Source of the DNA: Antedon mediterranea
Taxonomy: Eukaryota; Animalia; Echinodermata
Assembly (NCBI RefSeq): GCF_964355755.1
Contig: NC_092680.1
Coordinates: 18,919,045-18,983,044, forward strand
Direction: 5' to 3'
DNA length: 64,000 bases
Shown: positions 27,527-38,215 of the stretch, piece after piece
Layout: the number at the start of each line of letters is the position of its first letter
Position numbering within the stretch: the first letter of the stretch is position 1
Program-made: the position numbers and the translations under genes
Notes under the pieces: model-generated
What the model was told of the DNA's origin: nothing
What the model saw: the letters and a program-made list of their open reading frames with translations, nothing else
Databases searched by the model: none

Positions 27527-27616
27527 CTAGCGGCCTATATAGATTATGCTACAAATTTCTTCTTGTCCCCTTATTTTAAGCAGCTCTCTTATCTCATTAT
27601 CCCTCCAGTTCCACAT
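27527..27616 (-). pseudogene. Truncated Harbinger Myb/SANT-like DNA-binding protein N-terminus
   Basis: MWNWRDNEIRELLKIRGQEEICSII resembles the WxxxExxxLLxxxxxxxI first helix of trihelix/MSANTD proteins encoded by Harbinger ORF1; truncated after ~25 aa. Confidence 0.6.
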
Positions 27617-28744
27617 TATTATTGTTAATTGAATTGAATAGGCGCCAAAGTGATACACTTGACTGCGCAAGGTGTCAAAGCCTCGACGGGGAACCCCGGA
27701 ATATAACGGTGTAAGATTTAAATGTGTCCGGTGTTTGAAAGTGTCCACTGGACAATTTTCAGCATTGAATAGTGTAATACCAGCTGTTGAAAATGGCTGC
27801 AACCACCCGGGCAGCTTTCATCGATAAAAAAGTAGGACCATCGACATCATATTAACCCCGTAAAAACTAGGGCACTGGACGGTCACCAACTCCCGTTAGG
27901 GTAATTATAATTCCTTAGAATACCAACTTGAATCGCAAAATATCAAGTCGATTGAAATAAATATTACTATTATTATATCTGGAGACATATAGTCTAATCA
28001 AATTAAATTGTTTGTTTTTGATTGAGTATATACAACCTGTTGTCAATTTGAAGTAAATCTGACAACTTGAAAAAATATATAGCCTACCGGTACTGTATTA
28101 TTATTTCTAGGGAATGAATATCACTAAATCATATAGGCATAGGGCCTACCTATTTTCGTTCTCTCGAAATATTATTTCATTGGAATTCGAATTACTAATT
28201 CGCGAGAGAACGAAATAATTTCCCTCGAAATTATTTCGTTCTCTCGATCATTCCTTGTCTCGAAGTAGTAATTCATTTTTTATATTGTTCAGTTCTTGAA
28301 ATCTTATTTTGTTCTCCCTAAATATATTTGTTCCCTCAAAATATTTTTCAGTTCTCAAAATATTATTTTGTAATATTCATAATACTGTTACTAATTTAAT
28401 AATATTAACTGATAACAAAAGTGCTTTAAACAAGTAAGTTCGTCATTGTTAAAGTGAGTTCTTTTTCATTATATTTTTTTTCACAGATGCCTGATTTTTG
28501 GTTTTATTTAATAAAACATTGAATTGATTAGTCACAATATTTTATTTGTTTCTAGAGATTTTACATTATTTATTTATTTATCTAAAATACATTTGAAAAA
28601 TATTGTTGATGCATATTACCAAAAAATATTTATTTTTTTATATTTTATATGGCAAAATAAACACCTTAATTGCGCATCAAAATTATTCGTTCACTCAAGG
28701 GTATTTCGTTTTTTTGTATTTTTCGAATAATCTCTAAAAAAAAA

Positions 28745-29056
28745 ACGTCCACCTCTCCTAAGGGACCACTTCTCATAATTCCGTAACGACCACCTTTCGC
28801 AAATTACCACCTCTATTGAGGTGGTCACTTACGGGAGGTGTAGTCGGTAAAAGAAGTGGTCGTCTACGAGCGGTGGTAGTTTATGAAAGCAGTCCGTTAT
28901 GAGAGGTGGTTACCCCTTCAGGAGGTTGTCCATTGTGAGAAGCGGTCCATTAACAGAGGTAGTCCCTTTTAAATATTAAAGGTGGTCGCTAACAAAGGTG
29001 GTTGCTTACGATCAGAGTGCTAAGTTTTGAAAGCCGATCACTTACGAGAGGTGGAT
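28745..29056. mobile_element. Tc1/pogo-type MITE interior (gaccacc / ggtggtcgctta repeats) inside the Ginger-like element
   Basis: Short motif repeats accacct on the left and (ga)ggtggtcgcttacg on the right in inverted arrangement; termini not found. Confidence 0.45.
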
Positions 29057-29099
29057 AGACTGACGACAAGTAGAGAAATACATTTGCACATGATTTAGA

Positions 29100-29600
29100 C
29101 ATTTTTAATTCAACATTTATTAGTTTCTATCAATGGTATAACAATACAATAAAAAGAATGATAATTTATAATGAGAAAATACAAAAAATACCATTAATAG
29201 AGGATCTTGCAAGAAGAGAATACTTGTCACGCAAGACCCATAAACAAAAGAAAAAAATACATTTGTATATAATTATTAAATAAAATAAAAAAAAGTCATG
29301 ACAAAAACATTTTGAAGGTCTAGTTTGAGTACAATGATAACAAATTACTTTTAAGTTTTTTACGAAAAGTTGGGAGAGAGGAAGAGTTAACAATACTAGT
29401 ATCTAATTGATTCCAAATTAAAGGGCCAGAAACATAAATAAAGTGAGAAGAACTAGTTAATCTTACAAAAGGAATAGTTAACTGAAACTTATGAACAGTA
29501 CTTCTTAAATTATGACCATGGTTGAAATCAGCAGTGTTAAATAAATTCATCATGGGAGAAGGAAGATTGTTAGAAAAATATTGAAAGACAAAAGAGGCAC
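29100..29600 (-). mobile_element. L2/Crack-clade LINE 3' fragment
   Basis: HGHNLRS...IPFVRLTSSSHFIYVSGPLIWNQLDTSIVNSSSLPTFRKKLK is a typical CR1-group ORF2 C-terminus (GPxxWNxL...SLxxFKxxLK), followed by an AT-rich 3' UTR. Confidence 0.8.
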
Positions 29601-30119
29601 TTTAGGTTTGTAAAATATATAATATTTTATTAGCTGGCGATATTAACTACATTAGCTGTGAGGCAATTTTCGTTACTACATTACCTGTTGAGTTGTATAT
29701 GAGTATAATGTTGATTTTTATTTGATAAATAAGCTGTTGGTGTTTCTACATCATTAGCTAGTTCTAGGTTTTATTATATGGGTGGATTTGACTTTTCTAC
29801 ACTAGCAGTTTTGAACAGGGCCTACTGTGTTTAAATGGAATGCTACAAGTTGTATTATTTTTTTTTATTTATCGTTTTGTGTACTAAAGTGGCAGCATAA
29901 TCAGTATTTATTTTTACCAGATGTCCAACAAGGGTAATGTCCCAATTGGTAATTGCCACAATTGTCAGGTCAACCTCAAAACAGCGGCTCTCGGGACCGG
30001 GAGAGTTGTATGATTTGTTTTTATTATTATTTTTTTTTTAATGCGCCTTGAGCACTCTGTGGTATGTGTGCTATAAAAATCCTGTTATTATTATTTGTTA
30101 TTATTATTTCACCTTTTAG

Positions 30120-32655
30120 TCGTGTCTGTCTTAAAGTAAAGTGATCTTTAATTGGAAGAGGACCAGTACAATTACTTGTTTTTAATCACATGATTATAAA
30201 CTATTTATTCCTCTTGTCTGTGCTCGTACAAAATAATAAAACGGTCGCTAATTGGAAGTGTATTAAAGTAAAGTGATCTTTAATTGGAAGAGGACCAGTA
30301 CAATTACTTGTTTTTTATCACATGATTATAAACTATTTATTCCTCTTGTCTGTACTCATACAAAATAATAAAACGGTCGCTAAATGGAAGTGTTTAAATT
30401 GAAGTGATCTTTAATTTGAAGAGGACCAGTACAATTACTTGTTTTTTATCACATGATTATAAACTATTTCTTCTTCTTGTCTTTATTCATACAAAATAAT
30501 ATAACGGTCGCTAATTAGAGGTGTCTTAAAGTAAAGTGATCTTTAATTGGAAGCGGACCAGTACATTTACTTAATTTTGTCACATAATTAAACTATTAAT
30601 TATTCTTACCTTTACTCATACCAATTAATAAAAATGGTCGCTAATTAGAGGTGTCTTAAAGTAAAGTGATCTTTATTTGGAAGCGGACCAGTACAGTTAC
30701 TTAATTTTGTCACATAATTAAAACTATTAATTATTATTGTCTTTACTCATACCAATTAATATAATGGTCGCTAATTGGAGGTGTTTTAGGTAAAGTGATT
30801 TTTAATGGAAGAGGACCACTTCATTTACTTGTTTTTGTCATATACTTAACAATTATTTATTCTTTTTGTCTTTATTAATACTAAATAATATAATGGTCGC
30901 TAATTGGAGGTTTCTTTAAGTAAAGTGATCTATAACTGGAAGAGGACTAGTACAGTTACTTAATTTTGTCACTATCATAATTAAAACTATGTATTCTTCT
31001 TGTATTTAGTCCTACCAATTAATAAAATGGTCGCTAATTAGAGGTGTCTTAAAGTAAAGTGACCTTTAATTGGAAGCGGACCAGTACATTTACTTAATTT
31101 TGTCACATAATTAAACTATTAATTATTCTTGCCTTTACTCATACCAATTAATAAAAATGGTCACTAATTAGAGGTGTCTTAAAGTAAAGTGATCTTTAAT
31201 TGGAAGCGGACCAGTCAGTACAGTTACTTAATTTTGTCACATAATTAAAACTATTAATTATTATTGTCTTTACTCATACCAATTAATAAAATGGTCGCTA
31301 ATTGGAGGTGTTTTAAGTAAAGTGGTCCTTTATTGAAAGAGGGCCAGTACAATTACTTGTTTTTTGTCACATAATTAATAACTATATATTCTTCTTGCTT
31401 TATTAATACTAAATAATATAATGGTCGCTAATTGGAGGTTTCTTTAAGTAACGTGATCTATAACTGGAAGAGGACTAGTACAGTTATTTAATTTTGTCAC
31501 TATCATAATTAAAACTATGTATTCTTCTTGTATTTACTTCTACCAATTAATAAAAATGGTCGCTAATTAGAGGTGTCTTAAAGTAAAGTGACCTTTAATT
31601 GGAAGCGGACCAGTACATTTACTTAATTTTGTCACATAATTAAACTATTAATTATTCTTGCCTTTACTCATACCAATTAATAAAAATGGTCATTAATTTG
31701 AGGTGTCTTAAAGTAAAGTGATCTTTAATTGGAAGCGGACCAGTCAGTACAGTTACTTAATTTTGTCACATAATTAAAACTATTAATTATTATTGTCTTT
31801 ACTCATACCAATTAATAAAATGGTCGCTAATTGGAGGTGTTTTAAGTAAAGTGGTCCTTTATTGAAAGAGGGCCAGTACAATTACTTGTTTTTTGTCACA
31901 TAATTAATAACTATATATTCTTCTTGCTTTATTAATACTAAATAATATAATGGTCGCTAATTGGAGGTTTCTTTAAGTAACGTGATCTATAACTGGAAGA
32001 GGACTAGTACAGTTATTTAATTTTGTCACTATCATAATTAAAACTATGTATTCTTCTTGTATTTACTTCTACCAATTAATAAAAATGGTCGCTAATTAGA
32101 GGTGTCTTAAAGTAAAGTGACCTTTAATTGGAAGCGGACCAGTACATTTACTTAATTTTGTCACATAATTAAACTATCAATTATTCTTGCCTTTACTCAT
32201 ACCAATTAATAAAAATGGTCATTAATTTGAGGTGTCTTAAAGTAAAGTGATCTTTAATTGGAAGCGGACCAGTCAGTACAGTTACTTAATTTTGTCACAT
32301 AATTAAAACTATTAATTATTATTGTCTTTACTCATACCAATTAATAAAATGGTCGCTAATTGGAGGTGTTTTAAGTAAAGTGGTCCTTTATTGAAAGAGG
32401 TCCAGTACAATTACTTGTTTTTTGTCACATAATTAAAAACTATATATTCTTCTTGCTTTATTAATACTAAATAATATAATGGTCGCTAATTGGAGGTGTT
32501 TTAGGTAAAGTGATTTTTAATTGGAAGAGGAACACTTCATTTACTTGTTTTTGTCACATACTTAACAATTATTTATTCTTCTTGTCTTTTCACATACCAT
32601 ATAATATAATGGTCCCTAATTGGAGGTGTTTAGGCAAAGCGATCTTTAATTAGAA
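30120..32655. repeat. ~130-bp minisatellite, ~19 units, with a 529-bp 4-mer higher-order repeat
   Basis: Anchor ggtcgctaa recurs at 30243, 30375, 30506, 30636, 30766, 30895 and onward; the higher-order phase recurs at 30895, 31423, 31952 and 32481. Confidence 0.95.
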
Positions 32656-33478
32656 AAAAAAAATTTGTTTGGCATCATTAAGTATTATTGGTTATTAAAA
32701 GAAGACAAGACAAGTGCAGGCGTGATAAAAACAACCACCTATCATAAAACGTATGATACAGTATTTAATAGTGGACGCATTTCAATCCATGGGTCAGACA
32801 TTATTAAACGGGCCGGACAGCATTAAATTGTTGAAAAACGCCCACGAACCCGTTGAAACATGCAACTGGACACTATCCAATGCTGAAAAGTGTCCACCCG
32901 GACACTTTTGAATGCTGGACACAATTCAATCTTACACCGGCAATACGTTCTCACAGAATGCCCGTCTGGCATTGCGGGGAATATCCCTAGAATATTACTA
33001 GGTCTAAAGCAGGTCATGTCGATGCCGGCATGGTGCCGGCATGATGCCAAGACGACCCGTTCTCACAGAAAACCATACCGGCATGGTAATGGTATATTCC
33101 CGCAATATTCCTGGCACACAACTCTGTGAGAAAGGGGCTCTGGTGGGGTAATGAAGTGCGTTACGACAGGTGCAAATAGCCTTGTAAAACTACCAATGCA
33201 AACTTTTATAAAACTGTCACTAATTTAGTATAAATTCAAATGCCTTGAACTTGCCTAATAAAACCATGTTTGTATTCATGTAGCCCGATTGAACTTCTTC
33301 AGGATAAACTTCCTCCTTAATACTGATTAATAATATAGAAAAACAAAAAATTCAAAACCAGATATAATATAATTGACTTGAAGTTACTAAAAGATATCAT
33401 CAATTATTTTAGCATCAGATATATTATTGTTATTGTTTTCTTTCTTAATTTTTTTTCATTAATGGAATGTGTTTTCAT

Positions 33479-33906
33479 TTAAGACACAAACCATACGAAG
33501 AGAGGTTGAAGGCTTTGGACCTACCTACGTTAGTATTTAGAAAGAAAAGGGCTGATGTATTACAAACATTTAAAATAATAAGTATGAGAAAATAAATGAT
33601 GAGAAGCTCTTTGCAAAATCTAATTATAAACAAACTAGAGGACACAGTTTCAAAGTCTCTAAACCCAAGATAAAATTAAACGTTAGAAAGAGTGCATATT
33701 CGGTAAGAGTGGTAGATGATTGCAACTCATTACCCAGTCATGTAGTAGAGGCACAATCGGTCAATGAGTTCAAATCGGGCATTGCTAAATATTGGTCTGA
33801 CCACCACATCAAGTTTCGCCCGTACGTTAATGAAGAGTTATGACGATGGAGGGACAAATGAGCTAGTTCTCAATGTCCGAAGTTCAAGGTAAATTCAAGG
33901 TAAATT
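33479..33906 (+). mobile_element. CR1 LINE 3' end (5'-truncated)
   Basis: Translates as LRHKPYEERLKALDLPTLVFRKKRADVLQTFKII...TRGHSFKVSKPKIKLNVRKSAYSVRVVDDCNSLPSHVVEAQSVNEFKSGIAKYW, the classic CR1 ORF2 C-terminal domain; ends in a short tandem tail (ttcaaggtaaa)2. Confidence 0.88.
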
Positions 33907-34664
33907 TCATTCACAAAACGCCTGAGACACATTTTTGAAAGAAAATGATACATAAAGTTTATTTCAGATAGTTTGAAATCGTGAGGAGCATTGTTGCACA
34001 ATGCATGATAGGAAGGAAATTGGAGGAAACAACAAATCTTGTGATCTCCCCGTTAATATTCTCAATTGATCACACTTTGTATTATAAATAAACCAAATAC
34101 AGCAAGAATGCACTACCTTTTAATAAACCTTAAAAAAATAGATTCATTTTTTAGTACAGTTATAGGCCGACATTTGAAATGCTAGAAACCACAACAGAGA
34201 TTTGCCTAGGACCCCACTCCAAGCTCAAGGGTATGCATCTCAATTTATAGCACTATCCCCTTTATAAAAATATGATAAAAGCACAAGGCACACACCGTCA
34301 ATAATTTATATGTAAACTTTTTAATAGGTGAAATTTTACCAATCAGTCATATAAAGTAAAGATTTATTGCAAAGTTTCAGAGTGGAATGAATTAAGATTT
34401 AACTGTTTGCAGTACTTGGTAATTGAAACCATAAACTTGCAGTTAAAACGAACCTTGATTTTATTTTAAGTTTAGTTTCGATTTTGTAGAACCTTTAGGT
34501 TCCAAGGGTGAAAAAGTTATAAATGAATAGAAGGCCAATTTCAGATACTGAAAGGGCTTCAGAGAAAAAAAAAACATTTTGTACCCACTTTATATTCAAT
34601 CAATTAAAGCCTATGATAATGATTTTAATATAACAATATAATAATTCATTCTTATATATATATT

Positions 34665-34935
34665 ATGTATAAGCAAGCTCTCAATGCACTGCACATTATC
34701 ACCCCGGTCATTTTTAGGATCAAACACGTATGGAAACATACTTCCATAATAATGCAGCTAGTAATCAGCGCAAAGTTGTGTCTTGATCTAACCGGGTACC
34801 CATTTTATAAACCTGGGTAGACAGAGGAAAATGTAAGTAAAGTGTCTAAGGATACAAGCAATGCGGCAAGAGTTGGATTTGAACTACGATCTCACGATCA
34901 GTAATCCAACGTCCAAAACACTGTGGCACACGTCC
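34665..34935 (-). mobile_element. Second copy of the same tRNA-derived SINE
   Basis: Reverse complement aligns to 50868-51140 (actgatcgtgagatcg, caactct, acccagg, cacaactttgc, ctgattactagctgcatta, gaccggggt) and retains the atgggtacc core segment missing from the other copy. Confidence 0.82.
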
Positions 34936-37900
34936 TCACATTTTGTATACTATTGTACAGGGATGTACAGGGATTAGGGAAGTCTGGATGGCTGCTGACG
35001 GGATGGGAAAACAGTATTTTCCAGCGGTTCCTTGGATGGGTGATGATGGGTTCAATGAGGCTGAGATTCCAAATAGGCTTTAGCCTATATATGGAAATTG
35101 GACCTAATTACCTAAATTTAGGAAATAGCTGAGGATTTATTTATGTTTGTAAATAAAATACTGCATTGAGTACATCAAAACATTGAATTCTCAACATGTG
35201 TTTCATCTTTTTCTTTAGTTATCCTTGTTTTTAATTTAGTGGATTTCCGGATTTAAAGTAATTCTTTTTCTGAATCAACAACAGAATGCTGATGTCAAGA
35301 TGAATAGAAATAAAATGACCGATGACCATCATCATGCATTCTTAAAAATTTTTACCAGCAAGAGGCAAGAATGATAATTAGAATCGGTCACTATGGTGGT
35401 CTACACTAATCATCTCTAATTGTCTTATATTGGTGTTAATTTGGAAATTGATTATAATAAAACAAAATGTGATATAGATGGGTTTTAAAGAAAACAGTAT
35501 GAACAAGCATAGATATTTTATCCAGCATTATGTTAATCATTATATCACAATCTTATTTAAATACTTTTGAGAAATTACTATAACTATTATGAAGTACAAT
35601 AACAACAATTACAATGAAAGGTTAACATTTACAGCTGCCAAGTCTTGCTGGGGTTATTGACGTGAACACTGATAAATCAGTCAGTATAGTTACGCTCACT
35701 GTATTTAAATAATCAGGAATTCAAACGACATAAATAGCAACATTGCTTTCCACTGGGAGATGACTAAAATATTTATCATAGAATTTAAAGCATCTAAAAG
35801 TAATGTTGTTTCTATGAAGTTATAAAAATAGTAAAGGGTAGACAGAGTTGAGTTTGATGTGTGTATTTTATTTACTACTAATTTCTGCGGTCTTGGTGAA
35901 AACATACCGCGGTAAATATAAAAATAAGACTTTTACGCATGACGTCAAACCTCATTTTGCGCATATGCATGTTACTCTTCCTATAAGCAATTTCAATAGT
36001 TTTAATGAAACCTTTTTGTAGTACTTTTTATGCATTATGTCAAACAGTCATTCCTTGGATAAATTGACAGTGGCTTTTTGTATAACTGTGGACAAATTAA
36101 TGAGCACCATTTGGTGGCAGCACTCCACACAAAGGGACCCTGTGTGCAATTCTGCCCAGTACTGTAGGCTGCAAGTCACAGGATATTCGTCCACAATTAC
36201 AGAGCTGTTCATACTTGCCTGGTTGGTTTGACCAAATCAAGTCCAGTGCGAATGGGGCTTATTTTATTACAAGTACAAGACTCTTGATCAAGGTAACGGA
36301 TACTTTTTCTGGACCACCTGGCTGCTATTTATACTAGATTACTGACTAACTTATACCGCATTTAATCTTTGTATTGAGTCACCTATTATAATTGTAGTAA
36401 TAACAACCTTGACTTTATCGAATGATTCGGTAAAAAACTTTTCATTTTCTTCTCAATCAATGAATATTTTTAGATCAAAGAGAACATGAATAATGCCATA
36501 ATAGCCGACTGGTAGATTTTCCCACCACCGTTGTTCAGCAAATCTGATGACAACCTTATTACTTTAGAATACCTGTAACGTGAAAACAATACATTTCATA
36601 GAGAAAGAGGCGGGTATAATTAAAAAAGCTTTTTGATCATTAGAACATTGAAGGTCTAGGACTATCTCATTATAATAGATTATCGCATTATTGTATAAGT
36701 TAAGACCTAACCAGTGCCTTTGTGTTCTACACTAGACCTTGAGTGGTAATATATGTTCTATTAAAACTGTAATTAAATTTTACAACAAATTTAAAACAGA
36801 AACAGTATCACAGGTAACTCACTGAAATTAATCCATACAATTGGCGGATTTCAGGATGGTGTACTCTTGAAACCATCCACAAAAAAACACTTGCGCCGTG
36901 AAAATTGGAAGCAGTTACAGTTTCGACACCTTTTGATTAGGTCGATTATAATATTAGGTTCACAGACATCTTTTTGAATTTGTTGTTTTTGTTTCACCCA
37001 CCATGAGGACAATGGCATCGGCCTTATAGGGCACCTAGCCGAAGACTTCAGCTAGCCTCACTACTCTATCTAGGCTAAGTGTAATTGAGACAGAGTTAGT
37101 CTGTCTCAGCATGGACCTGGTCTCGGGCTAAGCTACAGTAGATACGCCAGGTAAGCTCAGGCCCTAGCCTAGCAGCAGCTGGATGGTGTGGTGATGAAAT
37201 ATATAGCCTGAGAGAGTATTTAAGATACGTATTTTATAATATAATAACATCTTTTCATCGAGATGTTCTGATTTAGGGCTAACTAGTAAAATGAACCAAC
37301 CTACCACCTGCATTCCACCTCTAATTTTGTACAGAAGTTTAAATCTGGTTGAGGGCGCTAAACAGATATTTTTTCAATTCTTAAAAAGTAGTCTGATGCT
37401 GATAATTAACAGGTTGATTAGAATTATTTGTTTATATGCCACTTTTCTTATGATAAAAGCACTTTACCACCATGATATTTTTTTCTTCATTTTTTATAAT
37501 ACAGTAAATTATTGTATTAAACTTAAATTTGTATTATAATTTGCAATTTAAAGAGTGTTCATATTTTGTATATATTTTTCTCTCTATCAAATTTGTCTTG
37601 TTTTAATTACTTTGATTATATAGACATGTTGGAATGTGTATCGGTTCCCTTTTCTCAATTGACGATTAACAATCTTGTTTTGTTCTTGCATCAGTCTGAT
37701 CTAGCGCCCTTTGGGGAAGGCCCGGCAATCGAGCAGGTACATATTATGGTTGCTGTGTTGTTATGTTCTGCTAGTAGGTACTGATGAATAAAGATCATTA
37801 TACCATAGTCTAATGTGTCTATGGTTTTGTTTCTCTTTTCTGACGTTTCTTTTAGCACATAATTTTAACTAATTAATTTTCTTACAGCATTACACCTTCA

Positions 37901-38138
37901 CATTGTTTCAAACCAGGCACCATTTAATGTACAATTATAATATTTACAGCAGTTGCATATAAGTTACACATTGTTCGTTTATCAATACATTTTGAAAAAA
38001 ATAGTTCTCTTCTCTTTGGATTAAAGCAACCAGAAATAATTCATTACTTATAGCATTCAGGAAGATCAAAGAAAGCACCTATTTTAGCAATGGAATTATT
38101 TTTCTTATTAGTTATTTTATTGTTTTTAAAATATTAAT

Positions 38139-38215
38139 TTAAGGGAAAACCCATTTCTTCTGAGCGTTGTACAGAAATGACTGGCGGTTTGCTTGCTGAC
38201 CAGGCCTGTATGTTG
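38139..38215 (-). CDS. STPG1: STPG1 last coding exon
   Basis: ttttcag| acceptor; encodes ATYRPGQQANRQSFLYNAQKKWVFP then TAA (38141-38139). This is a different frame from the ORF-track ORF 38134-38373. Confidence 0.9.

Larger units (their letters stand above)
27710..32936. mobile_element. Ginger1-like non-autonomous TIR element nested in the Harbinger element
   Basis: Termini 5'-TGTAAGATT...AATCTTACA-3' with ~65-bp imperfect TIRs (tgtaagatttaaatgtgtccggtgtttgaaagtgtccactggacaattttcagcattgaatagtgt vs rc tgtaagattgaattgtgtccagcattcaaaagtgtccgggtggacacttttcagcattggatagtgt). Flanks are ACGG (27706-27709) and CCGG (32937-32940). TGTNR termini with CCGG/CCGT TSD are described for Ginger1. Confidence 0.7.
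27080..33139. mobile_element. Non-autonomous PIF/Harbinger DNA transposon (~6.06 kb including nested insertion)
   Basis: Perfect 17-bp TIRs AGCCCCTTTCTCACAGA / TCTGTGAGAAAGGGGCT; 3-bp TSD CTG (27077-27079 and 33140-33142); CCGG-rich subterminal repeats at both ends; Myb/SANT (trihelix) N-terminal remnant on the minus strand. Confidence 0.85.

Noticed and set aside
32823-33129. ORFs of 75-79 aa on both strands
   Set aside because: They span transposon TIR/subterminal repeats; open by chance in GC-richer DNA.
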